From contig NW_013657642.1 in the NCBI RefSeq assembly GCF_000142905.1, positions 255,851 through 319,850 on the forward strand: 64,000 nt of DNA. Reading direction: 5' to 3'. Positions 40,201-50,205 of this stretch are shown piece after piece. Source of the stretch: Thecamonas trahens ATCC 50062 (taxonomy: Eukaryota; Protista; Apusomonadida). The translations under genes and the position numbers were made by a program. The notes under the pieces are model-generated. The model made no database searches. It saw only the letters and a program-made list of their open reading frames with translations, and was not told the origin of the DNA. Within the stretch, counting starts at the first letter, position 1. Each line of letters opens with the position of its first letter.

Positions 40201-41456
40201 TCGGTCGACGTGCCGCCCATGTCGTAGCCAATGACCGGCGCGGGCGCCTCGCCGAGCGCCGGGTTGCCGTACGACGTCTTGGCGTAGCCGACGACTCCAC
40301 CGGCCGGGCCGGAGAGGATGGCCCGGACGCCCGAAAAGGCATCGACCGGCGCGAGGCCGCCGTCCGACTGCATGAACTGGACATTGACCTTGGTCAGGAG
40401 CGACGAGTCAAAGCCGGCACAGAACGACTGAATGTAGCGATCAACGACGGGCGAGAGGTATGCGTCGACAGCAGCCGTGTAGCCGCGCGGCACGATGCGG
40501 GTCCGCGGCATGAGCTGCGACGAGAGCGAGATGTGCTCAAAGCCGATGGCCTTGGCCAGCTCGCCGACCCGCGCCTCGTGATCCGGAAAGGCGTACGAGT
40601 GCATGCAGACGACTGCGAGTGAGCGGATGCCCGAGTCGTAGACAGCTTGCAGCGAGGCGGTGAGCGCGGCCTCGTCGAGCTCCTCGAGTACCTGGACAGT
40701 CTCGCCGGTGACGCCGGAAATTTCCTGGACCACTGGCGGCGGGTGAACCGTGGCCGCTGGTGACTCGGCCCGGGCAACCTCCTGGGCCGTCACAACACGG
40801 ACTCGCTCTGGAACCTCGACAACCTGCTCGTAGAGCAGCTCGGGCCTCCTGACAGCAAGATCAAAGATGTTGGGCCTCGCCTGGTTGCCGATGAGCAGCA
40901 GGTCCGGGAAGCCCTTGGTGACTGCCAGAGCCATGCGCTCGCCCTTGCGCTCAAGGAGCGCGTTTGTGGCCACAGTGGTGCCCATGCGGATCTCAGCAAT
41001 GTGGTCAGATGGGACTGGAAGCTCTGGGTCGAGCACCTCTCCACGAACAGCCGCCAGAACGCGACGAATTCCCTCCCGCGGAGCGTCGGGATAGTTTGCA
41101 GGATCCTCGGAGAGGAGCTTGATGACCGTCGACGAGGTGTGAGCGTAGTCCTTGTTCTCAGCCGTTCTCTTCCACTCGGCATACACATCGGTAAACGTTC
41201 CGCCACGATCAATGCCAAAGGTAAAATCAGTGGCATTCCAACAATGTCCTCCGCTGCTCAGTGCCCGAATCAGATTCATAGTCTGCCACGCGCCACCTGC
41301 GCCAGCAGCCGTCCCAGCGCCAGGCCCAGCGCCAGCGCCAGCCTGAGTCATGCCCATGCCCAAGCTCCCAGCGCCAGGCCAGGCCAGACCAGTTCGGGCG
41401 AGTACAGCGCGACCTCTTCCGCCACTACGCCACACGCTTGCAGCCGCACGCAACAT
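37284..41456 (-). CDS. OPLAH: 5-oxoprolinase (ATP-hydrolysing), fused eukaryotic type
   Basis: [110 protein letters not shown]. Confidence 0.98.
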   Translation of the reverse strand: [1390 protein letters not shown]

Positions 41457-42345
41457 AGTACAGGACTACCTGCTTCACAAACACCGTCAAGTGTATCCCT
41501 ATCCCTATGCCTATCTCCGTCAATGCAAGCTGGGCAAGTCACCGTGCTGCAGTCACGCCACCCTTTGCTCACTCTCTCGCTCACTCTCTCTAGTCGGTCT
41601 GACGTGGCATTGCGGCGGACGTACAACTGTACTATTTTTTGGTCTCGTGGGAGGAGCACCGTTTTTTGCCGGCGCACCTTCCCCTCCACTCTACTTCGCA
41701 TTTGGCTGGCATGTCTGGCTGAAAGGACAAGGGTTGGCCTATATGTAGTTATGGTTTTGGCTGTGATGTATCTACATGCATATGTATGTGTGTACGTGTG
41801 TGTGTGTGTGTGTGTGAAGAGTAAGGAGGTGAGGAGTGTCTGTGTTGGACATGTTCAATTTTTTTCCGGTTTGCTGAAACTATCGACAGTAACTAGGCGT
41901 GGGATTTGTGGGAAGGCGAGGGAGAGAGTGTGTGTAGAGATCTTTGTATTGTAAGAAGGGTAGGTGCGGAGGTCGTCGACTAGCTCGTGGGGCTGTTGGA
42001 GTGGTTGTGGATCCCAGATTATGTGAGACTTCGCAACACAAGGTGCGGCTTGCCTGGGAGAAAAAGAAACTCCGACACTTTCGGCTTATCTTCAGCTTGC
42101 CATCCATGGCGAGTCCCACTCAGACTGCCTCACCCTGGCATCATCCTTACCCTCCACCAACCAGTGATTGTCACACCTACCGCCCTTGCGTAGGGAGAAA
42201 AAGAAAGCGCCCGATGCGCTGCTCTCTAGATTCTTCTGCAGCCTTTGAAATAGAATAAATTTTTTCGCTCGACGCGTCGTGCGGCAGCGGTGGCAAGTCA
42301 AGCCAAGACCAGCACACTCGACTGTCATCCCGTACCTCCAGTGGC

Positions 42346-43725
42346 ATGGCACTTCGTGTGGCTGTTGTCGGAGCAGGAACAGCAGGTCTGGCAACTGCGG
42401 CGCTTCTGGCTCGGGCTGGTGCCGCCGTCGAGGTCTTTGACCGAGTGGCAGCACCGGCAGCAGTCGGCGCCGGACTGCTGCTTCAGCCAACAGGCGCGTC
42501 TGTTCTGACCGAGCTTGGAGTCCGCGAGGTGGCAGAGAGTGCTGGAGCACACGTGACCGAACTTGATGGCCGAAATGGTTGGGGTTTGCCGGTGGTTCGG
42601 GTGCGATACAATTCGCTAGCTCCTGATGCGCACGGCATCGGCATCCATCGCGCCACTCTGGCCTCGTCCCTGCACGCTGCCGTCGCACGGGCGCGCAGCA
42701 AGTCCAAGCTGGGAGAGGAAGCGGTCCGATTTCACTGGGGCGTTGGCCTTGACAGAGTTGAGTACGGATCGGACGATAGTCTGGCCCGCTTGGTCGGGAG
42801 CGACGGGAACACGGTCGGGGATAGCGCCGGATACGATCTGTGCGTAGTGGCGGCCGGCGCAAACTCGAAGCGGCTCTCTCCACCCGAGACACTCGATTAC
42901 TCGCGAGTGTACCCTTGGGGCGCGTTGTGGGCCATCTTGGAGGACAAGCAGGGAGCGTTTGATGACGTTCTTGTCCAGCAGTATCGCGATACGCGGACAA
43001 TGCTCGGGTTCATGCCAACTGGGCGGCTCGTGGAATACTCGGCGTCCGAGACAGGAGAGATGGGCATGCCGCAGCTCACACCACCGGATACGCCACCGCT
43101 GGTCTCAATGTTTTGGTCGCTGCGCGCCGAGAGCCGCCACGAGCTGGAGGCTATGTCGCTAGAGGGCCTCAAGGGCCGGTTGGAGGCGCTTGAACCGCGG
43201 GCGGCGCCGCTGTTGGAGGAGCTGACGTCCATGGATCAGCTAACATACGCGTCGTACTCGGATGTACGGATGAATGTGTACCATTGCGGGCGTACAGTGT
43301 TTATGGGCGATCATGCTCACGCGACGTCGCCTCAGCTGGGCCAGGGAGCCAACATGGCGCTCATCGATGCGTCGTGCCTCAACTACGTCCTCGATTCGCT
43401 GTGGAGCGACGGGCACGAGGCGATGTCGGCGGCGATTCCGGAGCGGATTGCGTACTTTACCCGGATCCGCAAGCCGCAGACGGCGTTCTACCAGCGGATG
43501 TCACACCTACTCACGCCGCTGTTCCAGTCGCGGCTCGTTCCGCTGGCGCCAGTGCGCGACGTGGTCATGGGCATGGGCGGCAGCATGTGGCCGTTTTCGG
43601 CGTTTGCTACCCGTCTTCTCACCGGCTACCAGCGGACGCTCTTTTCCCAGCTTCCGTACTCGGCGGACAACTCGTACCTATGGCAGGACAAGCCGTACGC
43701 GGACGAGCTGGCAGCGAGCGAGTAG
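42346..43725 (+). CDS. FAD-dependent monooxygenase (class A flavoprotein), bacterial-like
   Basis: VAVVGAGTAGL, VGAGLLLQPTG, GIHRATL, YPWGALW, MGDHAHATSPQLGQGANMALIDA. Confidence 0.92.
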   Translation: MALRVAVVGAGTAGLATAALLARAGAAVEVFDRVAAPAAVGAGLLLQPTGASVLTELGVREVAESAGAHVTELDGRNGWGLPVVRVRYNSLAPDAHGIGIHRATLASSLHAAVARARSKSKLGEEAVRFHWGVGLDRVEYGSDDSLARLVGSDGNTVGDSAGYDLCVVAAGANSKRLSPPETLDYSRVYPWGALWAILEDKQGAFDDVLVQQYRDTRTMLGFMPTGRLVEYSASETGEMGMPQLTPPDTPPLVSMFWSLRAESRHELEAMSLEGLKGRLEALEPRAAPLLEELTSMDQLTYASYSDVRMNVYHCGRTVFMGDHAHATSPQLGQGANMALIDASCLNYVLDSLWSDGHEAMSAAIPERIAYFTRIRKPQTAFYQRMSHLLTPLFQSRLVPLAPVRDVVMGMGGSMWPFSAFATRLLTGYQRTLFSQLPYSADNSYLWQDKPYADELAASE

Positions 43726-43757
43726 CAGGCGAAGCTTGGACAAAGCCGCCTCTCGTC

Positions 43758-46700
43758 TTACTTGCCCTTTTGCTGCTTTTCGTTCTCGGCCTTGATCCGC
43801 TTCTGGATGCCCGAATGGATGATGCGGACGTAGTCAACGTATGAGATGGACTGCGAACTCGGCGAGACGCCGCCGCCAACAAGCATGTCTTCTGTGCACA
43901 TGTTGAGGAGCCTGGTTTCCATGCCATCCCTAGCGCGGATGACGCGGAACTGTGGCGAGCGACCTAGCTCGGCCTCGAGTTCGGCGCGGAGGTTGGTGAG
44001 AACGGCGCACGCCTCGCGCGAGAGGTCCGAGTCGCGACTGGCGAGCCAGGACATTGGCTGGATGCTGGCGAGCGTGCCAACGCCAAAGAGGTCGACCAAA
44101 ACGTGGCGGTATGCCGACGCCCCAACCCAGAGCCAGAGGAGGGTATCCGAGACGAAGGCGTAAACACCGCGCTTAGAGAGGACCTCGCGCGAGAGGTGCA
44201 GTGCACGCGGAGTGCCATCTGCGCCACGCTCAATCTTGTCCAGGCGGAGCAGTCGCGGGTAGAGCTTGCGGATGAGGGCAAGGACCGAGGACGAGACAAC
44301 AAAGGCACATGAGGTAGCGCGTGCGTCGGAGCGAATGGGCTCTTTGGTCAGCGCTGGGAGCTTGAGGGCCATCAGAATGTACGACGGGAGGAGCTGCAGC
44401 GAGTCGGGCAGGATGAGCTTGGCTGGCGGAACGCGTCTGGCGAGGAGGAGGCGGTAGCCAGCAAGGATGTCGATGGTGCGGGCGGTGAGACGCTGGCGGA
44501 GCGCGGTGAGTTCGCTCTTGCCCTTGACCAGGCCAGCAGCGGCGTAGCGGACAAGCAGGGCGACAAGTGTCTCGACGTCGATACCGCGGTAGACGTCTGC
44601 TGGATCAGCAGAGGTCTCCAGTCGGAGGGTGTGGACACGGAGGAGGCGGGTTCCGTCGGACGCAGTGTACAGGAGCGATGCCTGGAGCCAGGCTGGATCA
44701 GCGGGCGGCAGTTCGTCGGCGGCGTACGAGAGGTTGACCGAGAGCGCGACGTGGGCGCGGATGCCGGCGAGGATGACTTGCGGCGGCGGGTTCTGTGGGA
44801 GGACGTGGCCCATGTACGAGTCGATCTTGAGGCCCTCAGAGGCGCGGAGGCGGAGCGCACCCTCGTAGCCAAAGGGAACGGCAAGCGAGGCTGTAATTTC
44901 GCGGGCAACGCGCTCGGCGTCAAAGCGCGGATGGTGGTGCTCAAAGACGTGCAAGTCGCCGCCGGTGAGCGCGGCGAGCTGGGAAAGGGTGGTCACGTCA
45001 AGGTAGCCACGCGGGAGGAGGAAGAGATCGACCGAGATATGCTGGCGGACGAGTTCGCTCGCCTTGTTTGCGTACCACTCGGAGCTGGGCGCGAGCCTGG
45101 CCGCGATGGCTGCGTCTGAGACGGCCGGCCTGGCCATCGGATCCCGGTCGTCGAGGCTAGCGGGCCCACAACGCGGGCGTGAAGTGAGGAAGAGGGCAAC
45201 TCGCCCGCCACGCGGAATGAGCAGGCACTGCGCAGCCTGGAGCGCGACGGCAAGATCGAGTTTGGGCGAGACGTGTGGGTCGACGAGCGATCCAACCGCG
45301 GTGGCAAAGAGGTCCGGCAGCTCGTCGGCCAGAGTGGCGAGCGCGTCGGCGTCATCGGCGAGCGAGGCAAAGGCGGCGACAGTGGGGAGCGGCGCAAAGA
45401 CATCGTCGGCCTTGGCGGCAACGACCGAGAGAGCCTTGACCGACATCGACGGTTCGCCGGCCGCGTTGCGGAGCTGAAAGTAGAGAACGCGCGAGCCCGC
45501 GACGGCAATGACTGCGATGCGCGAGTGGGCAATGTCCAGTGCGCCTGGCGGCGAAGCGGCGACACGGTCGAGGAGCTGGCGGAGCGCGGAGCAGACGGTG
45601 GTGACGAGGCCAAACGCGGCTGCTACAGACGAAGCTTCGATGCAGAGGACGAGGTGCGGCGAGCGCGCGGGGCGGAGCTCGTACTCTTCGGTCGGGATGT
45701 AGTCAACCGAGCCAAGGCGGAGTTCGGGCCGGTCGGCGAGGTCGGAGCGGAGGCCAGCGCTGTCGAGATTGGCAAAGTACTCGCGCGGGATGGCGGTCGA
45801 GGCCGAGCAAAAGTTGCAGCCGAACGAGCGGCCGCCGTCGAGCCAGAGCACACCCGGATTGATGTACGCCCCGCACTGTGAGCAGCGAATCGGCCCGCCA
45901 ATCTGGCGAGTGTCAACCCGCGGCAGCGGACCGGTGTCGTCGGCCACCGCTAGCGGCGAGACAACCACGCCCAGCGGGACTCCGATGAGCTCGGCGAGCT
46001 TCTTCTCCGACGGCAGCGTGTACATGGAAGAACGCATGTAGCGCGGCGAGGCTGACCCGCCGTCGATGACGGTGTGCCGGGTGACCGCCCGCGGAGGCGG
46101 GAGCCCGCGCCCTGTGGTGTACACGACGTCCTGTCGCAAGTTTTCGGCATCGGTAACCGGCGCCGGCAGACCGGCCTTTGCCGACGGCGCCACACGCTTC
46201 TCGCCGAACTTTTCCTGCAGCATCTCCTCCTCCGCCTTTGTGAGCTCGCGCGGGCCGGACGCAGACGCTGATGGTCCGTCGGGACTGGAAGATGAGGGGA
46301 TGCCGTGTGTTGTAGGCGCGACATGTGTAGACGGCGGACCAACGGTTGGCGGGTGCGATGTAGGCGGGCGCGATGTAGGCGGGTGCGATGTAGGCGGGCG
46401 CGATGTAGGCGGGTGCGATGTAGGCGGGCGCGATGTAGGCGGGTGCGATGTAGGCGGGCGCGATGTAGGCGGGTGCGATGTAGGCGGGCGCGATGTAGGC
46501 GGGTGCGATGTAGGCGGGCGCGATGTAGGCGGGCGCGATGTAGGCGGGCGCGATGTAGGCGGGTGCGATGTAGGCGGGCGCGATGTAGGCGGGCGCGATG
46601 TAGGCGGGCGAGAAGCAGTAGCAGCAGAGGGCGGACGAGAGGTAGTGGCGGAGGGCGGACGAGAAGTAGCGGCGGAGGGCGGACGAGAAGTAGCAGCCGA

Positions 46701-47034
46701 GGGCGGACGAGAAGTAGCGGCGGAGGGCGGGCGCATCATGGGCGGGCGAGTTCGCGTCTGAGAAGAGGCAGGCAGCTCACCACCAACGATTGAATGGCCT
46801 TCCATACCCGGTTGGACACGACGAGTGGCAGACGGTGGCGGTGGTTGGCGAGAGCCAGTTTGTCCACCACGACCACCACGACCACCACGACCACCACGAC
46901 CACCACGACCACCACGACCGACACCACGACCAAGACCACCACGACCAGTGCCACGTCCTCGAGCAGGTCTCGGACCGACCACGTCCGCCTTGGGTAGCAC
47001 CAGCTGAACCACTGGGTGGGTGCTGGCTGCTCAT
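43758..47034 (-). CDS. SEC24: COPII coat Sec24 (SEC24C/D-like); ATG at 47034 needs a frameshift near 46975, otherwise the start is 46805
   Basis: ASPRYMRSSMY, Zn finger GPIRCSQCGAYINP..CNFC, RPELRLGSVDY, vWA trunk (ISVDLF, LTGGDL), LQASLLYTASDGTRLLRVHT, LILPDSLQLLPSYI, SYVDYVRIIHSGIQ. Confidence 0.93.
46348..46735 (-). repeat. Coding minisatellites in the Sec24 N-terminus: 15-nt (PPTS[R/H])n and 24-nt (PPSAATSR)n
   Basis: About 17 copies of GGGYGCGATGTAGGC on the + strand, followed by about 5 degenerate 24-nt units. Confidence 0.95.
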
Positions 47035-47472
47035 TCCTCAGCTACTTCAACAATAGTAATGGTTGACAAGTGGTGTCGTGTGTCTGGTGGGTGAGGTGGT
47101 GGTGGGCGGTGGGCGTGGGCCTGGGTGGTGGTCGTCCTCGTGTCGTTTGGTGAGTGCCGAGCGGGTGGCGGCCGGGTGGCAGCGGGCGGCCGACGGGCGG
47201 TGGTTGGCCAGTCTTCACTCAAGGTGGCGGCGGTTTTTGCCAGGTGGCAGCCAACGACGGACGAAAAGTGGTTCGTCGACAAAGACGCGATGGGAGGTAG
47301 AAGTTGGACGGCTATTCTTGCAGTCGAAAGACATGAGTTGTAAAGCAAAGGATGCAGGGCGAGGATACGAGGTGGCCAGTCGTCACATCGGCGAGTGATC
47401 GGCTTGGTGATGCGATGGGGGGCTTTATCAAGAAAGAAAGTAGCATGGATGAAGGAAGAAAGTTAGATGGGA

Positions 47473-49080
47473 TTAGACGCGGCGCTCAAAAAGAACGGTG
47501 AGCTTGGCGAGTATCTCATCGGCCTGGGCAACGGTCTCAGCCTCGTAGTGGTTGGACGACTTGTCGATGAAAGAGATGACAAACTCGAGCTCGTTAAGAC
47601 GCTCGATCTGAAGAACCTCGGACCACTCGCGGTACGGTCGCTTGACCTCGCCAGACTTGAAGAGCTTGCCAAACTTGGAAGACTTCTTGCCGGCGGCCTG
47701 CTGGATGGTCTTGTTGTGGAGGCGGTCGCCATCGATGCCGAGGACCCGCTGCTGGCGGCGCCCGGCCTTGTTGATCTTGACGAGCGCGTACTCCTTGTAC
47801 ATGATGGCGGTAAACTCGGAGAACTGAAATTGGAGCGGCGATGGCGAGGTGAGTGTTGACGACCGTGACCGCTGCCCGTCCGACGATGGAGGCGCAAGTG
47901 TGTTGTCGTTGGTGGAAGCGGCGACCGAGCCCGACCGCGAGCCGATGGTTCCGCGCCGGCGGGCGAGTCCGCCGCTCTTAAGGAACAGTTCCGAGAGCTT
48001 GGGAATCATGCCGAGCGGCGTCCGCTTGTCCACCTCGGGCCCGTCCTCTGTTCGGTGCACAGTGCAGTCTTCCAGGTGGGTCGTCCGCTTGTTGGACGCA
48101 ATCTTGAGTAGCTGCTGGATAGAAATGGCGGCGTCGAACATGAGCACCGACGCTGCGCCGTTGGGAAAGTGGATGCGGATTCGCACGTTCTTGCCAGCAA
48201 ACGCCGCCGTGTCCATGTCTGGCGCCGCAGGATCCGAGCCGTGCACAGAGTGAACTGTGAGCGCCCGGCGGCCCGCAGTCACCCGCCGCTTGGTCGTCCG
48301 CCCGGCGCCGAGCCGCGTCGTCCTGGCGTCCTCCAGCCGCTTCGACGACTCGGCTGCAATGTCGGCCTCGGCGTTCGGGTTGTCGCACAGCACAAACTCG
48401 GTGGTTCCCATGACCGATAGCAGCTGCGCGCGGTCGAGCGCCGGAAAGTCCAACTCGGGGAGGCCCGTCTCGTCTTCGGCCAGCCGCATGACGTACCCGA
48501 GCGGTGAGGTGTGCACCAGCGCCGGGGCGTGGCCCGCCCGCGAGTACAGCTCCACGGCCCGCGCGGCAAGCTTGGCCATCGTCGACATCGACGGGAGCTT
48601 GAAAACCAGCGGCGGAGTCGACGGCTTACGCGCCCCGCCCACCACAACCCACACCCGCACCTCGATCAGGTCACCGTCGACAGACCTAGCAAGCGCCGAT
48701 TGCATCGGCAGCGCCTTGGTCCGCTGACTACGCGGCGGGAGGGCTTTCTTCGTTAGTGGAGCATCAGAGAGGCCCGAGTGGGTATCAGGAGAGCCGCTTG
48801 CAGGCGAGGATGACGAAGTAAACGAGACAATGGTCGTTGTCCGCTTTGGGTTCTTCCTCCTCTTGTTGGCGGCCTTGATCTTTTCGGTCCTCGACACCGA
48901 CGCAGGTTCGAGAACAGGCTCAAAGTACGATTGGTCAGCAGGCAGAGTATGGCCGTAGGCAAGAGTGTTTGTCGCCGAAGTAGGCGAACCCGAGTGCAGG
49001 TTCCTCGAGACCGAGTCCCCACACTTTGCAGAGTGATTGATAGCGTAGAGCACATGCCCCACAAACAGGTCCACGTTCAT
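47473..49080 (-). CDS. MAPKAP1: TORC2 subunit SIN1/Avo1 (CRIM, RBD, PH)
   Basis: CRIM YVMRLAEDETGLPELDFPALDR..TEFVLC; ubiquitin-like RBD VRIRIHFPNG; SIN1-type PH YKEYALVKINKAGRRQQRVLGIDGDRLHN..HYEAETVAQADEILAKL. First ATG at 49080. Confidence 0.88.
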   Translation of the reverse strand: MNVDLFVGHVLYAINHSAKCGDSVSRNLHSGSPTSATNTLAYGHTLPADQSYFEPVLEPASVSRTEKIKAANKRRKNPKRTTTIVSFTSSSSPASGSPDTHSGLSDAPLTKKALPPRSQRTKALPMQSALARSVDGDLIEVRVWVVVGGARKPSTPPLVFKLPSMSTMAKLAARAVELYSRAGHAPALVHTSPLGYVMRLAEDETGLPELDFPALDRAQLLSVMGTTEFVLCDNPNAEADIAAESSKRLEDARTTRLGAGRTTKRRVTAGRRALTVHSVHGSDPAAPDMDTAAFAGKNVRIRIHFPNGAASVLMFDAAISIQQLLKIASNKRTTHLEDCTVHRTEDGPEVDKRTPLGMIPKLSELFLKSGGLARRRGTIGSRSGSVAASTNDNTLAPPSSDGQRSRSSTLTSPSPLQFQFSEFTAIMYKEYALVKINKAGRRQQRVLGIDGDRLHNKTIQQAAGKKSSKFGKLFKSGEVKRPYREWSEVLQIERLNELEFVISFIDKSSNHYEAETVAQADEILAKLTVLFERRV

Positions 49081-49192
49081 GATGAATGCGATGTTTGTCG
49101 ATGACGATTCAGGTGATGATAAAGATGGCGATGTCGATGCAGTTGACGATGCAATTGACGACGATGTTGATGTTGTCGATGACAATAACGTT

Positions 49193-49238
49193 TGATGTTG
49201 ACGTTGACGTTGACGTTGACGTTGACGTTGAAGTTGAC
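49193..49238. repeat. (GACGTT)n microsatellite upstream of SIN1
   Basis: Tandem hexamers inside a low-complexity GAT/GAC tract. Confidence 0.85.
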
Positions 49239-50205
49239 GGTGATATGAGGTTGGCGATGATGAGGTTGACGATGATATGAGGTTGGCGATGATGAGCTTG
49301 ACGATAAAGTCCTCCTCCTCGTTGATCACACACACACACACACACACACACGCCCTCTTCCCCCCTCCTCCTTTCACGCCCTGACACTGGCACACAACAA
49401 GCTCTCGTTGGTCGCAATGGTTGGCTCTTGGGTCTCTCCCCTCTTGCCTCGGCCAGAAACACAGTTCCACCAAAGACTTCCAAGGACAAGGTCAACAACT
49501 CCAGTCACAAAGGTTATGCGAAGAGGTAGGGCCCCAAAGCCGTGGGTATGTGGACAAGTGTTGCCGTCTGACCTTCTTGCTCTCCCTCAACCAGTCGCCT
49601 GAAAAGGCCATGGTTGTCAGGGCGAACGGCTGCACCGCCTGCACCCCCCCCCTATCGCCACACACATATGGAGGGGTACAGGCTTGAGAGATAAGGGGAG
49701 TACGTGATGGATGTAGTTGAGGTTGGATGGGGGATTGTGTTTGATGATGGCTCAGATGGCTCAGCAATCGAAGAAATGGATACGAGGCGAGGTCACGTAT
49801 CATCGCCCTCAATCGGCTCTTGGTATTGCTGTGTTATCGTCAGTCTCTCGCACCGATGAACAGGTGCGCTGTTTCCAGCTCCAAGACGACTACGACGACG
49901 ATCACAGCCACTCAGCCACTCAAAGGCAAGCACAATATACACCAGACGCCAGAGACTAAAGTAGACAACTTACTTGATTTCCATGCATCTGATCAAACCT
50001 CTCAGCTGCTGATCATCCCTTCTCTGCGGCACACCGGTTATGCGCGGCGGAGGCGAAATGGCGAGTGTCCGATCCAAGGCGAACATGATGTCACACACCC
50101 GGAACACGGGGGGGGGAGGTAGGGGGGCAGGGAAGCGAGCGGCCAAGGGTATGCTATCTGGTCACCTCTCTCACTCAGTCTCTGTACTCTAACTCTCGAG
50201 TAACT

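Noticed and set aside
46348-46611. 15-nt tandem array as a CRISPR array, or its + strand (RRARC)n ORF as a protamine
   Set aside because: There are no unique spacers and no cas genes. It lies in frame within Sec24 on the - strand.
49100-49473. N-terminal extension of SIN1 in the ORF track
   Set aside because: It translates microsatellites (CVCVCV, QRQRQ) from a non-ATG start; probably UTR or promoter.
49400-50200. Short ORFs or ncRNA in the SIN1-Furry spacer (also 41460-42340)
   Set aside because: No recognisable protein motif, tRNA/snRNA signature or host-like codon bias.
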